The notes under the pieces: generated by a model
What the model saw: the letters and a program-made list of their open reading frames with translations, nothing else
Told to the model about the DNA's origin: nothing
Databases searched by the model: none
In this document: positions 47,101-57,919 of the stretch, piece by piece
Layout of the letters: every line of letters begins with the position of its first letter
Numbering within the stretch: the stretch's first letter is position 1
Position numbers and translations under genes: made by a program
Source: Balanoglossus misakiensis
Lineage: Eukaryota > Animalia > Hemichordata
Length of the DNA stretch: 64,000 nt
NCBI GenBank assembly: GCA_040954595.2
Contig: CM082597.2
Span: forward strand, 4,345,244-4,409,243
Direction of reading: 5' to 3'

Positions 47101-50100
47101 TGTCCTGACACGATCCCATGTACACTGACCTGCGAAAGAGCCTCTTCAGCACCAGACTTCAAATACACACTCTTGACTCGTTCTATTGCCAGAGTACTTC
47201 TCTCGTAGGTTATTTTATTATGCTCGGTTTCGAGCCCCACGCTTGACGCCGGTGGGCTCGCTGGGGGCAGTTCAGAGGTCGGGGCACGCACGGGGGATGA
47301 TGGCGAGCCTGGTACAATTTGTGCCTGTCCAGCCACTGTGCCAGTTTGTGCTGGGAAAGATGGAAAATTGAAGTAAAGTTAATATCCACAAAGCAAAGCT
47401 AATATTCACCAAGATGAATTGTAATATTTTATCTTGATTTCACGAAACAAACAATTGAAATTTTGACCTTCTTTGCAGCCTTCAAGGAGACAAGAGAAAT
47501 GTTTCCGATGTCACATTTTTGGAAGATGCAACTGAATCATTATGCAGTTCTTGTTTTGCATTGCAAAACTTGCTACAAGGCTATAATGATCCACATCACA
47601 TAGCCCTGTAAGGACAGCATGAAGTTAATCTGAAAACTTCAAAACAAAACCATGCAACGTTTTGATGTAGTACACACTCTACAGTACTTAATATGCATTT
47701 CATTTCACTGATCATATCCAGGCAAACCAATTAGGATACATGCTTATGAATTAACAAATGGAACTAAATATATAACACTGAAAGAATACAGATGGTGCCC
47801 AAATACTATGACATTTTCTTCATGTTTCATTCTGCCCTTGTTTTAAGTCTGTAGAATTACATCTGTGGAACATCATATGATACACAATTCATAATTAGTT
47901 AGTAGGGTTGAACACATGTACAGTACATGCAATGCTACAGGCAAGCTATCAAGGCTAGGCTCCTCAAAATTCTACAAGTACACGTACTATGATGAATGAG
48001 TTACCTGCATATTATTTTAGCTACTGATGAGACAACAGAACGGTCTGATAGACCCCAGTTTAGACACTAATTTTATTTCAATGGTTAGTAATGTTCATGC
48101 CTTCAAAACTACATTTCCTGGTTAGGTAGACTCGATTTAGAATCTAATTTTCTTTTAATTAGTGACAAGCATGCTTTCGAAACTACCACATGGCCAGGCA
48201 ACTTCTCTGACTAAACTCCATATACCTCTGTAGTTTGCTGGGTGTCTGATAGGATCTCTGTCTCTCTCCCTTTGTCTCACTCTTACTGACAGCCTGTCTG
48301 GAACAGGGTCTCGCTCACTCTCCCCTCTGTCAGTGATAAAAGCTCTCTCCCTTTCCCGTCTGACGGGGACAAACTCTTTGTCTTTGTCAGGATCTGAATC
48401 TTGTTCCCTAAACGGGCTGTGTCCCGGCTGTTTCAGTGAAACTGAAGGAACAATGAAATGCATTACACCAAGTGGCACAGAATATGCTAAGATACATAAA
48501 TATGGAATCTGTATAATGCTACCAAATAACCACCATCATTCCTGCCTTAGACTTGTAACCTTAAATGTTTACTTAACACGTACAAGGTACCTATTTTTTA
48601 AATGTACAACACCTGATAAGCTTTATACATGTAAGGAGTGATCGCAAACACTCTAAATGGTACAACTAATTACTTTTCACTATTCTCTACACTTTATCAA
48701 AATATATTGAGATTGATGTGCCATGTATTACCTGCCATACCACCAGAATACTGGATTTTCAGAGGGAAATTGTACTTCACAAAATTGTATTGTCACTTTA
48801 GATCAATATGTACCAGTGTTTTTCTCTAGATTTTATCACAAAATGCATGCATTGCCACAAGTAATCAACACCTCGTGTGAAGAACCACTGCTTGGAAGCA
48901 CAGCAATGCACAGCATAAAACTAAAACGTGTTCAATTAATTTCAATTATTTTTTTCTGCCTACTTGATGTTGTTGATGACTTCGGTTCACTGACAATGGT
49001 GACTTCGTCCATGGCAGCCGCTTTCCGGATCTGCTCGGCGTCCCAGTCGGCCATTTCTTTCTCGAATCTCGTGTTATCGTCGATCACAAGCTGTCTCAGA
49101 TCCTCTGCCAACGAGTCGAGGCTGAGTTTCGTCTGTCCTGTTTCGTCATCTGTGTGTTCTATCAAAGAGATTAGTTTACGTCACAATATGAAAAAAAAAA
49201 AAACAGTTCTGCACACTGTCAGATTTTGTAAGTTTTTCCTTTCAAGACACAAGCTCTTCTAAGAGCCTTTAACCCTTTCACCACCATGGTTCAGTCCAAA
49301 CCGGTTGTTTTATATGGCACGGTTGGACCACTATAGAGCGAAATGGGGGTGAAAGGGTTAAATCAACCAGCTGGTTATCTCCATCTAACTATTAACATAA
49401 ACATTTCTATTGTGTAAATTAATCACAAAATACTCACCAAATTTGTTAATTAGAGGATTACAGTATGCCAAGAAATTTCGTATATCCGCTAAATATTTTT
49501 ATTACTAGCACATTCTAACAAGTTATTTTTTCACATGCCAAACATATCCTACCTTTAAATAACTCGCTCTTATTCTCGTCGACATACATGAGGCAGTAGG
49601 CACTAGCATTTCCCGAGCCACCCACAGACTCTCTCTGCAATTCTTCCCACGAGACTTCAACCACTGCGATGTCGTTGAACTTCAACCACTTGTTGTTTTT
49701 GTGATCTCTGATGTATGCCCAGTAGTGACCAGCCGATGCTTGGCCTTCGTGGACCAACACGGCATGTAACAAATATGGAAACTGGAATAAAAAATATTTT
49801 AATCAGTCATTTGAATTACATATTTTAACACTTTTACTTTGTTATCGTGGAAGGTAGATCATCACTGTGCACTGGGAGATAAAATGAATATTGAAGGTAT
49901 GTAATAATAGGGAAATACTCAAATATGGCCTTGAAAATCTGATAGTATGCTGCACTTACTTTTTTCAACTCGTCTGCATCATACATTGCATCTATGCATT
50001 GGTTTAAGCGGTGGATATGTGCTTGTAAATCTGTAATTGCAATCATGAATTAAAAACAGCGTCAATAAATTGTTAGTTTTTATTCGTACAGTAAGTGATG

Positions 50101-53100
50101 CAATATTACAGTGAAACTCCTTGTGGTCTATGGTGAACTTGTTTCAGAGTTTTGCACAGGAAACTACGAAACCACATGAACGATTACTTTTTCTCTGTAT
50201 CTCCCCCTCACCCCTCCTATCCTACTCCCTCACCCCCTCTCCCTCCCCACAACCTTTCTCTCCCCCCTCACCTCTCACATCACTCTCCACTTCAGTCCTC
50301 CATCTTCTCAGACAACCCTGCAACACTTTCAGCTCGTTGTCTGTGACATGTTTCGGAGACGGTGTCCCCTCTCCGCTGGTCCGCCCATCCCCTCCAGCAG
50401 GTGACACCGGCGTGGTTGGCAAAGCGATGTCTGGGAGTGGTATCTTGTTTGGCGAAGATCCGGGTGAAATGCTGGAAAATGGTCAATGTGCAATTATGTC
50501 AGACAAGAGATAAGATATACACAGAAGTGTTCATTACCAAAAATAGGCTGTCTCAGTTGTGTTAGTACTTTTTAAGTTCTGATTCTGTGCATCCAGCAAG
50601 TGCAATAGACCACAGCCTAGGTTAAAGTTTCCGGACATTCAAAACACACACACACACAAATTTATTTGTTTAAGAAGGTTAAACGTCACAACTACATGGT
50701 CCATACCTTCATCATCATGCATAATATTTTGAGGTAAAATGCTATTTATCAGCAGTGAATGTGCAGTAATATTGTCAAACTTCTTCATGATTTTCAGATT
50801 TTGAAAAACATGTCAATACAGTCAAAACTGTAGACAGGTTTGAATGTACCAACTGACATATTCCAAGAGTGGTTCCATATTTCAGGACCACAGAAACCCA
50901 GATGATTTGAAATTTCAGGACCATAGAAACAATATGTCTAAACACGACGTAAGCTAATCCAAAAATTACCTATTCATAGATACATCTAACGACGCCCTCG
51001 GAGGAGTACTCATTTCTACATCTTCTGAGTTGCTAGGCATGGGCCTGATGGGAGTTGATGGGTTAACATGGCTGTGTGACTCGGACAATGAGACTGGTGA
51101 TCGACTACTTGCAAATTCTAAGGCATACTGCAACACGTCCATTAGCGGGAATCGCTTGGCACCAGACCCATAGTTTAGAAACCTGAAACAAGTATTATTA
51201 ATCAGCAAATAAGTTATGCGACACTAGTAATAAAACTCAATGTTTTCACCACAAAGTTAAGCTTAATGGGTATTAAATTTTTAGAAAAGAAATATATATT
51301 ATGCTAAGAGATATAGCAAATTTCTACAATTTTATTTTATTTTCAGATTTCCATAATATCAACCTTGAGTGAGAAAGATTGAAAATGGCAGATTAACTTG
51401 ATACAAGTCAGAGCTCAAGATAAACCGTTTTTATCTGGTTGTCCAAGAAAACCACTTCCCAGAAACTAGCAGTCAGAAGAAAACATCTGGTAGTCCTTCT
51501 AAGCTTTGCACAAAGCCTAATTAAATTGTGCTTTTTCAATTGTTATAGATAGGTGCAAGCAACATGCATGAATCTCAATAAACCATGCATATCCATGCAT
51601 GGTGAATCTATAAACACTGTGCCAGAAATCCAGTCCAGTCTACATGTATGCTGTGCCTGTTTCTGGGTTTTTGTTAACTGCAACTCACCTTTCTAATTTT
51701 CCACGAAGAGCTTGCAGCTGTTCTCGTAATTTTTTAATCTCCTCTCTTCGCATTCGTGTTAGGTTTTTATTGCACTCCATATATCTTTAAGATCAAAATA
51801 AAAGTACATCTAAATTTCATACACGTCGATATGAAGTTTCCCAAAAGCTGTGGAGGTAATTTTTTCTCAGAGTTGTATAATGTGATGTAGCAGTTCTCAC
51901 CTGTCCATATAAATCATTTGTGGAAACGACAGTTTATTGTGAATTTTCTCCGGCCGTCCAAACTGTTGATTGAAGTGAAACCTGGAGAGTTCAAAGGTCA
52001 AGACTGGTGGCAGACGGGTAAACCAGTGCTGAGAGGAGAATGAAGACAAGCAAGAATTTTAATGTAATGTTTCATAATGTACAAATCGTACTGGTTTGGT
52101 TTGAGGGTCTTGTATAGGCCCTACTGAGTAACACACACTTGGCAGCCTAACAGGCCTGGGTGCCAGGGATTCTAGGCACCCTGGAAATCAAACCAGTTTC
52201 ATCCGACTTAGCAGCGTTAGAGATATACTGTAATCTAATTGGCTGATTCAAAACTCAACTTCTGTCCTGATTGGGTGGCAGAGTATACACTATAATCTAA
52301 TTGGCTGATTCAAACTCACCTCCTGTCCTGATTGGGTGGCAGAGTCTGAGTTGACAGTTTCTATCTCTACTATAGCTGTGGCAGCCTCTAAACTTTCGTG
52401 TAAATCATTGAAGCCATTTACTTGGAGTGGGTACTGACCAAAGGTTTCCTGGTTGGAAAAAACTTTCCCTGTGAGGGAAAGGAGAATATAGAGTCAGGTG
52501 TGAAATTGTCATGGAGGACTTGTCTATACATTAGATAATCATAAAAATAACTCAGTGTTATTTGTGGATACTAACCTTCATTGGTGCCTTCAGATCTGAA
52601 CTGTCCATAGAACAATTCTAACATAGGATTATTTCGCTGTTGTTCACTGCCTGAACCATTTCCATCACTGAGTGTAAACAAACAACAAATAATAACAAAT
52701 CAATCAACAGGTTTTGATTAAAATCTATAGATTATACAGTCTTAAGGGAGCATTGTTATCTGCCAACTTAAATCAGATGGTACGAACCTCTTTTTGCTAT
52801 TCCTCGATGTGTCTAATTTAAAGGCATCTTCCAGCCATTCTAATAACTTATGTGTGAATTCGCTCACATCCTGGAAAAGAAAAATTGCTCAGAGTCATTA
52901 ATAATTCCAGGGTTAAGTTTTTCTTAGGTTTTACTTGAAAAAAAGACTCAATACCGCATTTTAACTTGGCAAGGTTGTGCGTAACACCCTTGGCAGGAGA
53001 AGGGATATCCATTATGCATGTACATATACACCCATATAACACAGGCAAACATTAACACAGTATGATTCAGCAGATAAAGCTGTTGAAAAACTTTCCATAA

Positions 53101-56100
53101 ATGAAGCGACGAAAAGATGGTATGCCGGAAATGTAATAAAATACCCGATAGTTCAAGAAAGCCAATCCAATTGATTGACATTTGACCTTCACTACTTCCT
53201 CGTCATTTGCATGTTGATTGAGATGAGTTTCGGGTGACGAATCAAATTCCTTGTCGCACAAATATGCATGCCACATACCACAGGGATAGCATTACATGCA
53301 TGCAATTCCACAAACATCATTCAAAGTGTTCGAGAATTTCTACTACGAATAATAACATTGCCGATTCCTATTTTGTCAGATATCGCTGGTATGGAATATG
53401 TCAATGCAATTATTTGAAAATTAGCTTAATGTTGGTGTCAATGTATTTTCTGTAATTGTAGAGTAGAGTCTGTGATATTATGAGTCATACTTGCAGTTAC
53501 AAAATTCCAGAATGACCCAGTATCATGTTAGCTTATGAACCTCTATTTCTTAAATATGGCAAAAATCGGCCATCTTGAAATTGTGTAGACCATGCGAGAT
53601 TTTCATCACTCACCTAGGTAGCATGAACGTATTTAAGGTAGGGAGAATTGCTGCCACATTTTCACATTGTCCAGAAATTAACATGACAATTAAATCTATT
53701 GTTATCCAATTGTTTACTTTTTCGTTACCTGCTGCTCACTAGAATTTGAACTGAACGCAGCCTTCAGGATTTCCACAGATCGAATCGGATCCACATATTT
53801 TCTCTTGGTGCCAACCATCAGAGCAAAGAGCGCCCTCAACTCATTCATGAATATCAAGTTCCGAGATTCCTGCAAGGATGAAATTCAGAGATGACGAAAT
53901 TCCGAGATGATGTACTTGAAGACTACGAGTCAGAATGTCTTGAGAACTGCCAACACAATAAGCTATTAAATGTATATATTGCTCTCTGGTATAAGCCCTG
54001 AAGTAACGAAAGTCATTTTTTCATTAGACATACACAGTGCAATGTTAAACAATGAAGATTTTTCTCATGAAAGTGCATCTAGTACTTACTACTGTGTTTT
54101 CTGCTTTACCAGCATTCTTGACATCGAGTTGTGGCGGTCTGAACATCAACACCAGCTGACGGAACACCGGTAGATGAAACAGAGACTGTCCAAAGAAACA
54201 AAGGTACAGAGATTCTATTATTACAGATGCCTCAACCCTAACCCTTTCACCCCCGTTTGCCTCTATAGAGGTCCAGCCATACAATAGAAAACAATGGATT
54301 TGGACTGAACCATGGTGTTGAATGGGTTAAATATATATTGCACTGATGTGACTAAAAACAGTACCCTATCATATGTTGGAGACTTTACTGAACAGCAAAC
54401 ATTTACATATACATGCAGAAATATGCATATTGTAATTATCACATACTGCAGCCTGTTTCTATGACGACTGTTAGAGTGTGAAAGTGTCATCATTCTGGAT
54501 GACCTGATAATATTTTGTAACACAAATATATCCATCTAACTGGAACATTAAGATTACAATCGTGCAAAGTACAATCTTTCAAAGTTTTAAAAGCAAATTG
54601 TACCTGAATCACAGCACTAAACCAGCATGTGTTTCCAACATTTTTCAACCCAACAGGCCATCCATTATCCCGTCGTCTCTCGTGCGGATTGAGAGGATCA
54701 ACAAACCAGCCTTCACCGCGTTTCCTTTTAGCACCATGCTTTGTGTCCGCCAGACTCTCTTCTAAAGCCCTGTATGTTGAGAATCGTTGAGAAAAATTTC
54801 AGAGGAGATTGCAAGAGAATGGGATAGACGCTTAAGACAACAATATAGTCGAAACTCGCAACAATTATTTGGTCATTTGGCAAACTGTTACTGCAGTCCC
54901 TAAATCATTTACCAATATTACCCAACCTTAGCAAAAACACTGCCATTATTCCTATTATAATGCAGGGATGATTCCAGTTGAACACTACAGGACTTTGACA
55001 TTTCATTCTTTCAGACATACCTAGAGATGTCTTGTTCCTCGGCAGACACACCGATATGACTGGGTGCAGATTCTTGAAGACTAAGAGCAATGGCTCGTTG
55101 CAAATCCGACTTATCGTCCCCTTCATTGGTCAAGTCGATCACACCAGTAGCTACAAAAAACAACAATCCATGTATCAGTCAACATACTGTAAAACACTTT
55201 ATTTTCGCGAGTTAAATTTTTCGCCATATCGAGAGAGGCCACTGTTTCGCGAGTATTAATTTTCGCGTTCTCTTATTTTATTCACTACATCGTTATCTTC
55301 AAAAACAATTTACGCAACTTTTTATTTTCACGCTATTTTGGCTCTTGCGTATTTCGCGAAAATTTATTGCTCGCGAAAATAAAGTGTTTTATAGTATAAG
55401 TTAGTGGTCGACCATTTTTTCTAATATTAAAAATACTGAAGACTAGCGGAAATTTTCACAGTAAGAGTACCTTGACTTTTAGTCTTTGGCCCATAGGGTT
55501 CCACTGTAGCCGGAGTGGCCGTAGCTGTTGCCACGGCAGCAGTCGTGGCTGGCGGATTAGATGGAACCACTTGAGGCGTGGCGCCCTCTGCAGACCCGGA
55601 GTCCTGCGTCAGCATGGAGACCGCTTCGTTCACGTCGCCCTGGCTGGCCGTCATCGCATTCTGCAGGGCCTGCACATCACTGATGCCAGTGATCTCCTTC
55701 AGCTGGTTGATTATCTGCTCTTGATTCTGAAACACGGCCACACAACAACTTCAGTATTCTTCCAAGGAATTTCTGAGTAATGGCCCAGTATGCTATAATG
55801 ACCAGCAGTGAATCCCTGAGATTCAGAACCACTGAACAAGGCATCAATATAGCAAGCTGTGTGCAGAAAAGCCTGTCTGTACTGTACACCATTGACCAAC
55901 ATGTGTTCACGTCCTCAATATTCATGATATATGGTGTATGTATGGATGATCTGGGATCCCCATTCCACAAGCAAGCCTAGCCAAGTGCTCAGACGAAGCC
56001 CTTCTACCATAATATACAGTGGCACACATTGGATGATCTTACAATCTCATAAATCAATGGATGGACCCTTTGGAGCAAACGCAGGACAGCTCTCCTTGAA

Positions 56101-57266
56101 GTCAATCACAGAGAGTCACCTCGAAAGAACATACATGTAGCATGTAACAATTATAGCTGAGAAAGGACAATTCACACATACACTAACAACACTACCCCCT
56201 TTTAACTAGTATAACCTTGCCCTAACGATCTCAAGATCAATGTCTGTGACTGACACCAAGGAAATACCATTATCATATTTCTCCATGGGATACATGTTGT
56301 TTACGTTCAAGTACATGCATTTGAAATTGAAATCCAACACTACTAGATCACGGCAGACAGGCTTGTTTCATGTAGACTATCATGTCAAAATATTAAATAT
56401 AACATAAAATTTTCTTAAATTTGTGTGTCTACTACATATGTAGTTTATTCTATATGCTATGCTGGCCCTTTTTATTTTCAATATTCTTTTCCTTTTTCAG
56501 TCAGTCATTTAATCACAAGTCTATAATATTACCAGTCTGTAAACGTGTCATCATCATAATGTATATCAGACTATCATCAGATAGACCAGATTGCCTGGAG
56601 TCTCAGACATCTGGTCGCACAAATTCACTTCAAGTATATAACAGATCATGGTTTGATGATTACTGGGACTTGATTTGCAAATTCAAAAGCTAATTATCTG
56701 CACATAACAGGCAACTGTTACAATGCACATTCACACTGCACTAACAGTGTGAACGTGAACTATTGCAGTTGTACGTGACGATTATGTCACTGTGACTGTA
56801 CACCGTTAATCGAGATTGGGGGAATACCCCATGTCCATTTCATGGCTACTTCCGTCATTTTGTCCGTATAGCATGACCCCAATCGTGCGAACGCTAACAC
56901 TGGGCAGTTAAATCACGGAAATGTTTTCTAGGAGCGCCTCGATCCGTCTGGTCTGGTCAGGCTGAGTAACAATGACACCCATCAGACTGAAATGACGTCG
57001 TCTACATACAACCATGGACGTCCATGATACAACACCCACATGGAAAAGACACAGAACACAACATGGCTGAAGTTCCTGGGTGTACCGCAATCTCGGGAGC
57101 TCATTTACGACGCTTCCTCGCCCGCGATTCCTTATCAGGCGAGACACGCATGGTCAGAAGACTTTCATGTTATGATATTTCTGGCGAAATTTGACAAATA
57201 ACCAAATACTCTCTCTTTTCTTACCTGTATCGCATGTTGTTGTAGTATATTCTGCTCTACAGTCAT
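44198..57266 (-). CDS. USP25: Ubiquitin carboxyl-terminal hydrolase 25/28 ortholog, ~1190 aa (~1120 aa without the candidate cassette exon)
   Basis: 23 exons in continuous frame: 57266-57225 ([14 protein letters not shown]), 55726-55471 (UBA-like [11 protein letters not shown]), 55150-55021 ([24 protein letters not shown]), 54769-54604 (Cys box [17 protein letters not shown]), 54185-54090, 53869-53729, 52870-52788 (QQ|[14 protein letters not shown]), 52667-52576, 52468-52320, 52028-51901, 51784-51689, 51182-50970, 50471-50272, 50030-49960, 49781-49553 (His box [19 protein letters not shown]), 49158-48964, 48441-48226, 47350-47130, 46695-46511, 46144-45983, 45638-45515, 44979-44787, 44388-44198. 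Confidence 0.95.
44545..44690. repeat. Degenerate short tandem repeat built on the TCTATAGA palindrome, in the last USP25 intron
   Basis: ttctacagac, ttatagaag, ttatagaatttctatgg, tctatagaattctatg, and aatctatagaa twice. Confidence 0.65.
45052..45152. mobile_element. ~100-bp MITE, copy 1 (copy 2 inverted at 52091-52196)
   Basis: TIRs CTGGTTTGATTTCAAGGG...CCCTTAAGCCAAACCAG; the internal sequence nearly matches the reverse complement of 52091-52196. Confidence 0.85.
46156..46226. repeat. Compound microsatellite (CAAGT)n(CAAT)n(CAAC)n forming the pyrimidine-tract region of a USP25 acceptor
   Basis: caagtcaagtcaagtcaagtcaatcaatcaatc...caaccaacc, directly adjacent to the acceptor at 46145. Confidence 0.9.
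46998..47105. mobile_element. Probable short TIR element with internal CCCTAA-like motif
   Basis: GGACAGTCACCCCCTG ... CAGGGGGTAACTGTCC inverted ends; internal ccctaaccctagcccc. Confidence 0.55.
49269..49361. mobile_element. piggyBac-like MITE (TTAA-CCC ends), copy 1
   Basis: TTAA|CCCTTTCACC ... GGTGAAAGGG|TTAA; related inverted copy at 54238-54330. Confidence 0.8.
52091..52196. mobile_element. ~100-bp MITE, copy 2 (inverted relative to 45052-45152)
   Basis: ctggtttggtttgagggtc...ccctggaaatcaaaccag. Confidence 0.85.
54238..54330. mobile_element. piggyBac-like MITE, copy 2 (inverted)
   Basis: ctaaccctttcacccccg...tttggactgaaccatggtgttgaatgggttaa resembles the reverse complement of 49269-49361. 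Confidence 0.75.
55185..55396. mobile_element. ~210-bp MITE with long TIRs and TA ends, copy 1
   Basis: TACTGTAAAACACTTTATTTTCGCGAG ... CTCGCGAAAATAAAGTGTTTTATAGTA; near-identical copy at 60722-60932. Confidence 0.9.
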
Positions 57267-57919
57267 GGCCGACATTGGAAAGAGTATGCTGTTGCGAGAC
57301 AGAAACTCACCCTTCGATAAGACAAAAATAACACCCTGGCCACGCTAAAACTGAATCCGGCGAGAGAGAATTACACATAAATAGTCAATAAACCGCTATT
57401 TTGCAATTCGTGTGATGTGAGACATCAAAATTATATCGGCAACGTTACTAAGTCAGGGAAATCCCGAACATTCCTACAAGCGCAATCGGTAAACGGAACA
57501 GCGGGGATTCCAGGAATACAGCGATCACAAGGCCGCCTTTGATTGGTTCTTAGACGTGACTGAAAGAATTTTGACGATATGATTTTATTGGTCTACATTG
57601 ATTTTTGTCTAATTGTTCAACACGGGTATTTCAAAGTAGGATCGAAAGTGCCATTGTAATACTTGAGATTGATTAAGCAACTATAAGTGTCTACATGGCT
57701 GGAAAGATTCTTAATATGGTAATTGATTGCGCAGCCAATCACAACATGGCTTGCAAAATCGCCTGCATTGAAATAGGATTTCCAAGATGGCGGCGCCCTA
57801 GAGTCAGTGTGGCAGTCTAGTCTGTCAAACAAGCGACTGCGCTTCCTAATTTGGAATTGCCGAACTTACTTGTTTATTTCCCAAGATCGCTGCGATCGGA
57901 AACGACAACCTCGATCAAG
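57267..57919. promoter_or_regulatory. Bidirectional promoter shared by USP25 and GPR89
   Basis: Divergent ATGs ~650 bp apart; CCAAT boxes on both strands (~57542, ~57587, ~57734); YY1 motif CAAGATGGCGGC at 57783-57794; GGGAAATCCC at 57456-57465; TTCCAGGAA at 57508-57516. Confidence 0.75.

Noticed and set aside
48005-48023. Possible USP25 microexon (tcag|...ATGCAG|gtaac on -)
   Set aside because: The candidate lengths (16 or 19 nt) break the frame, so it cannot be supported without reads.
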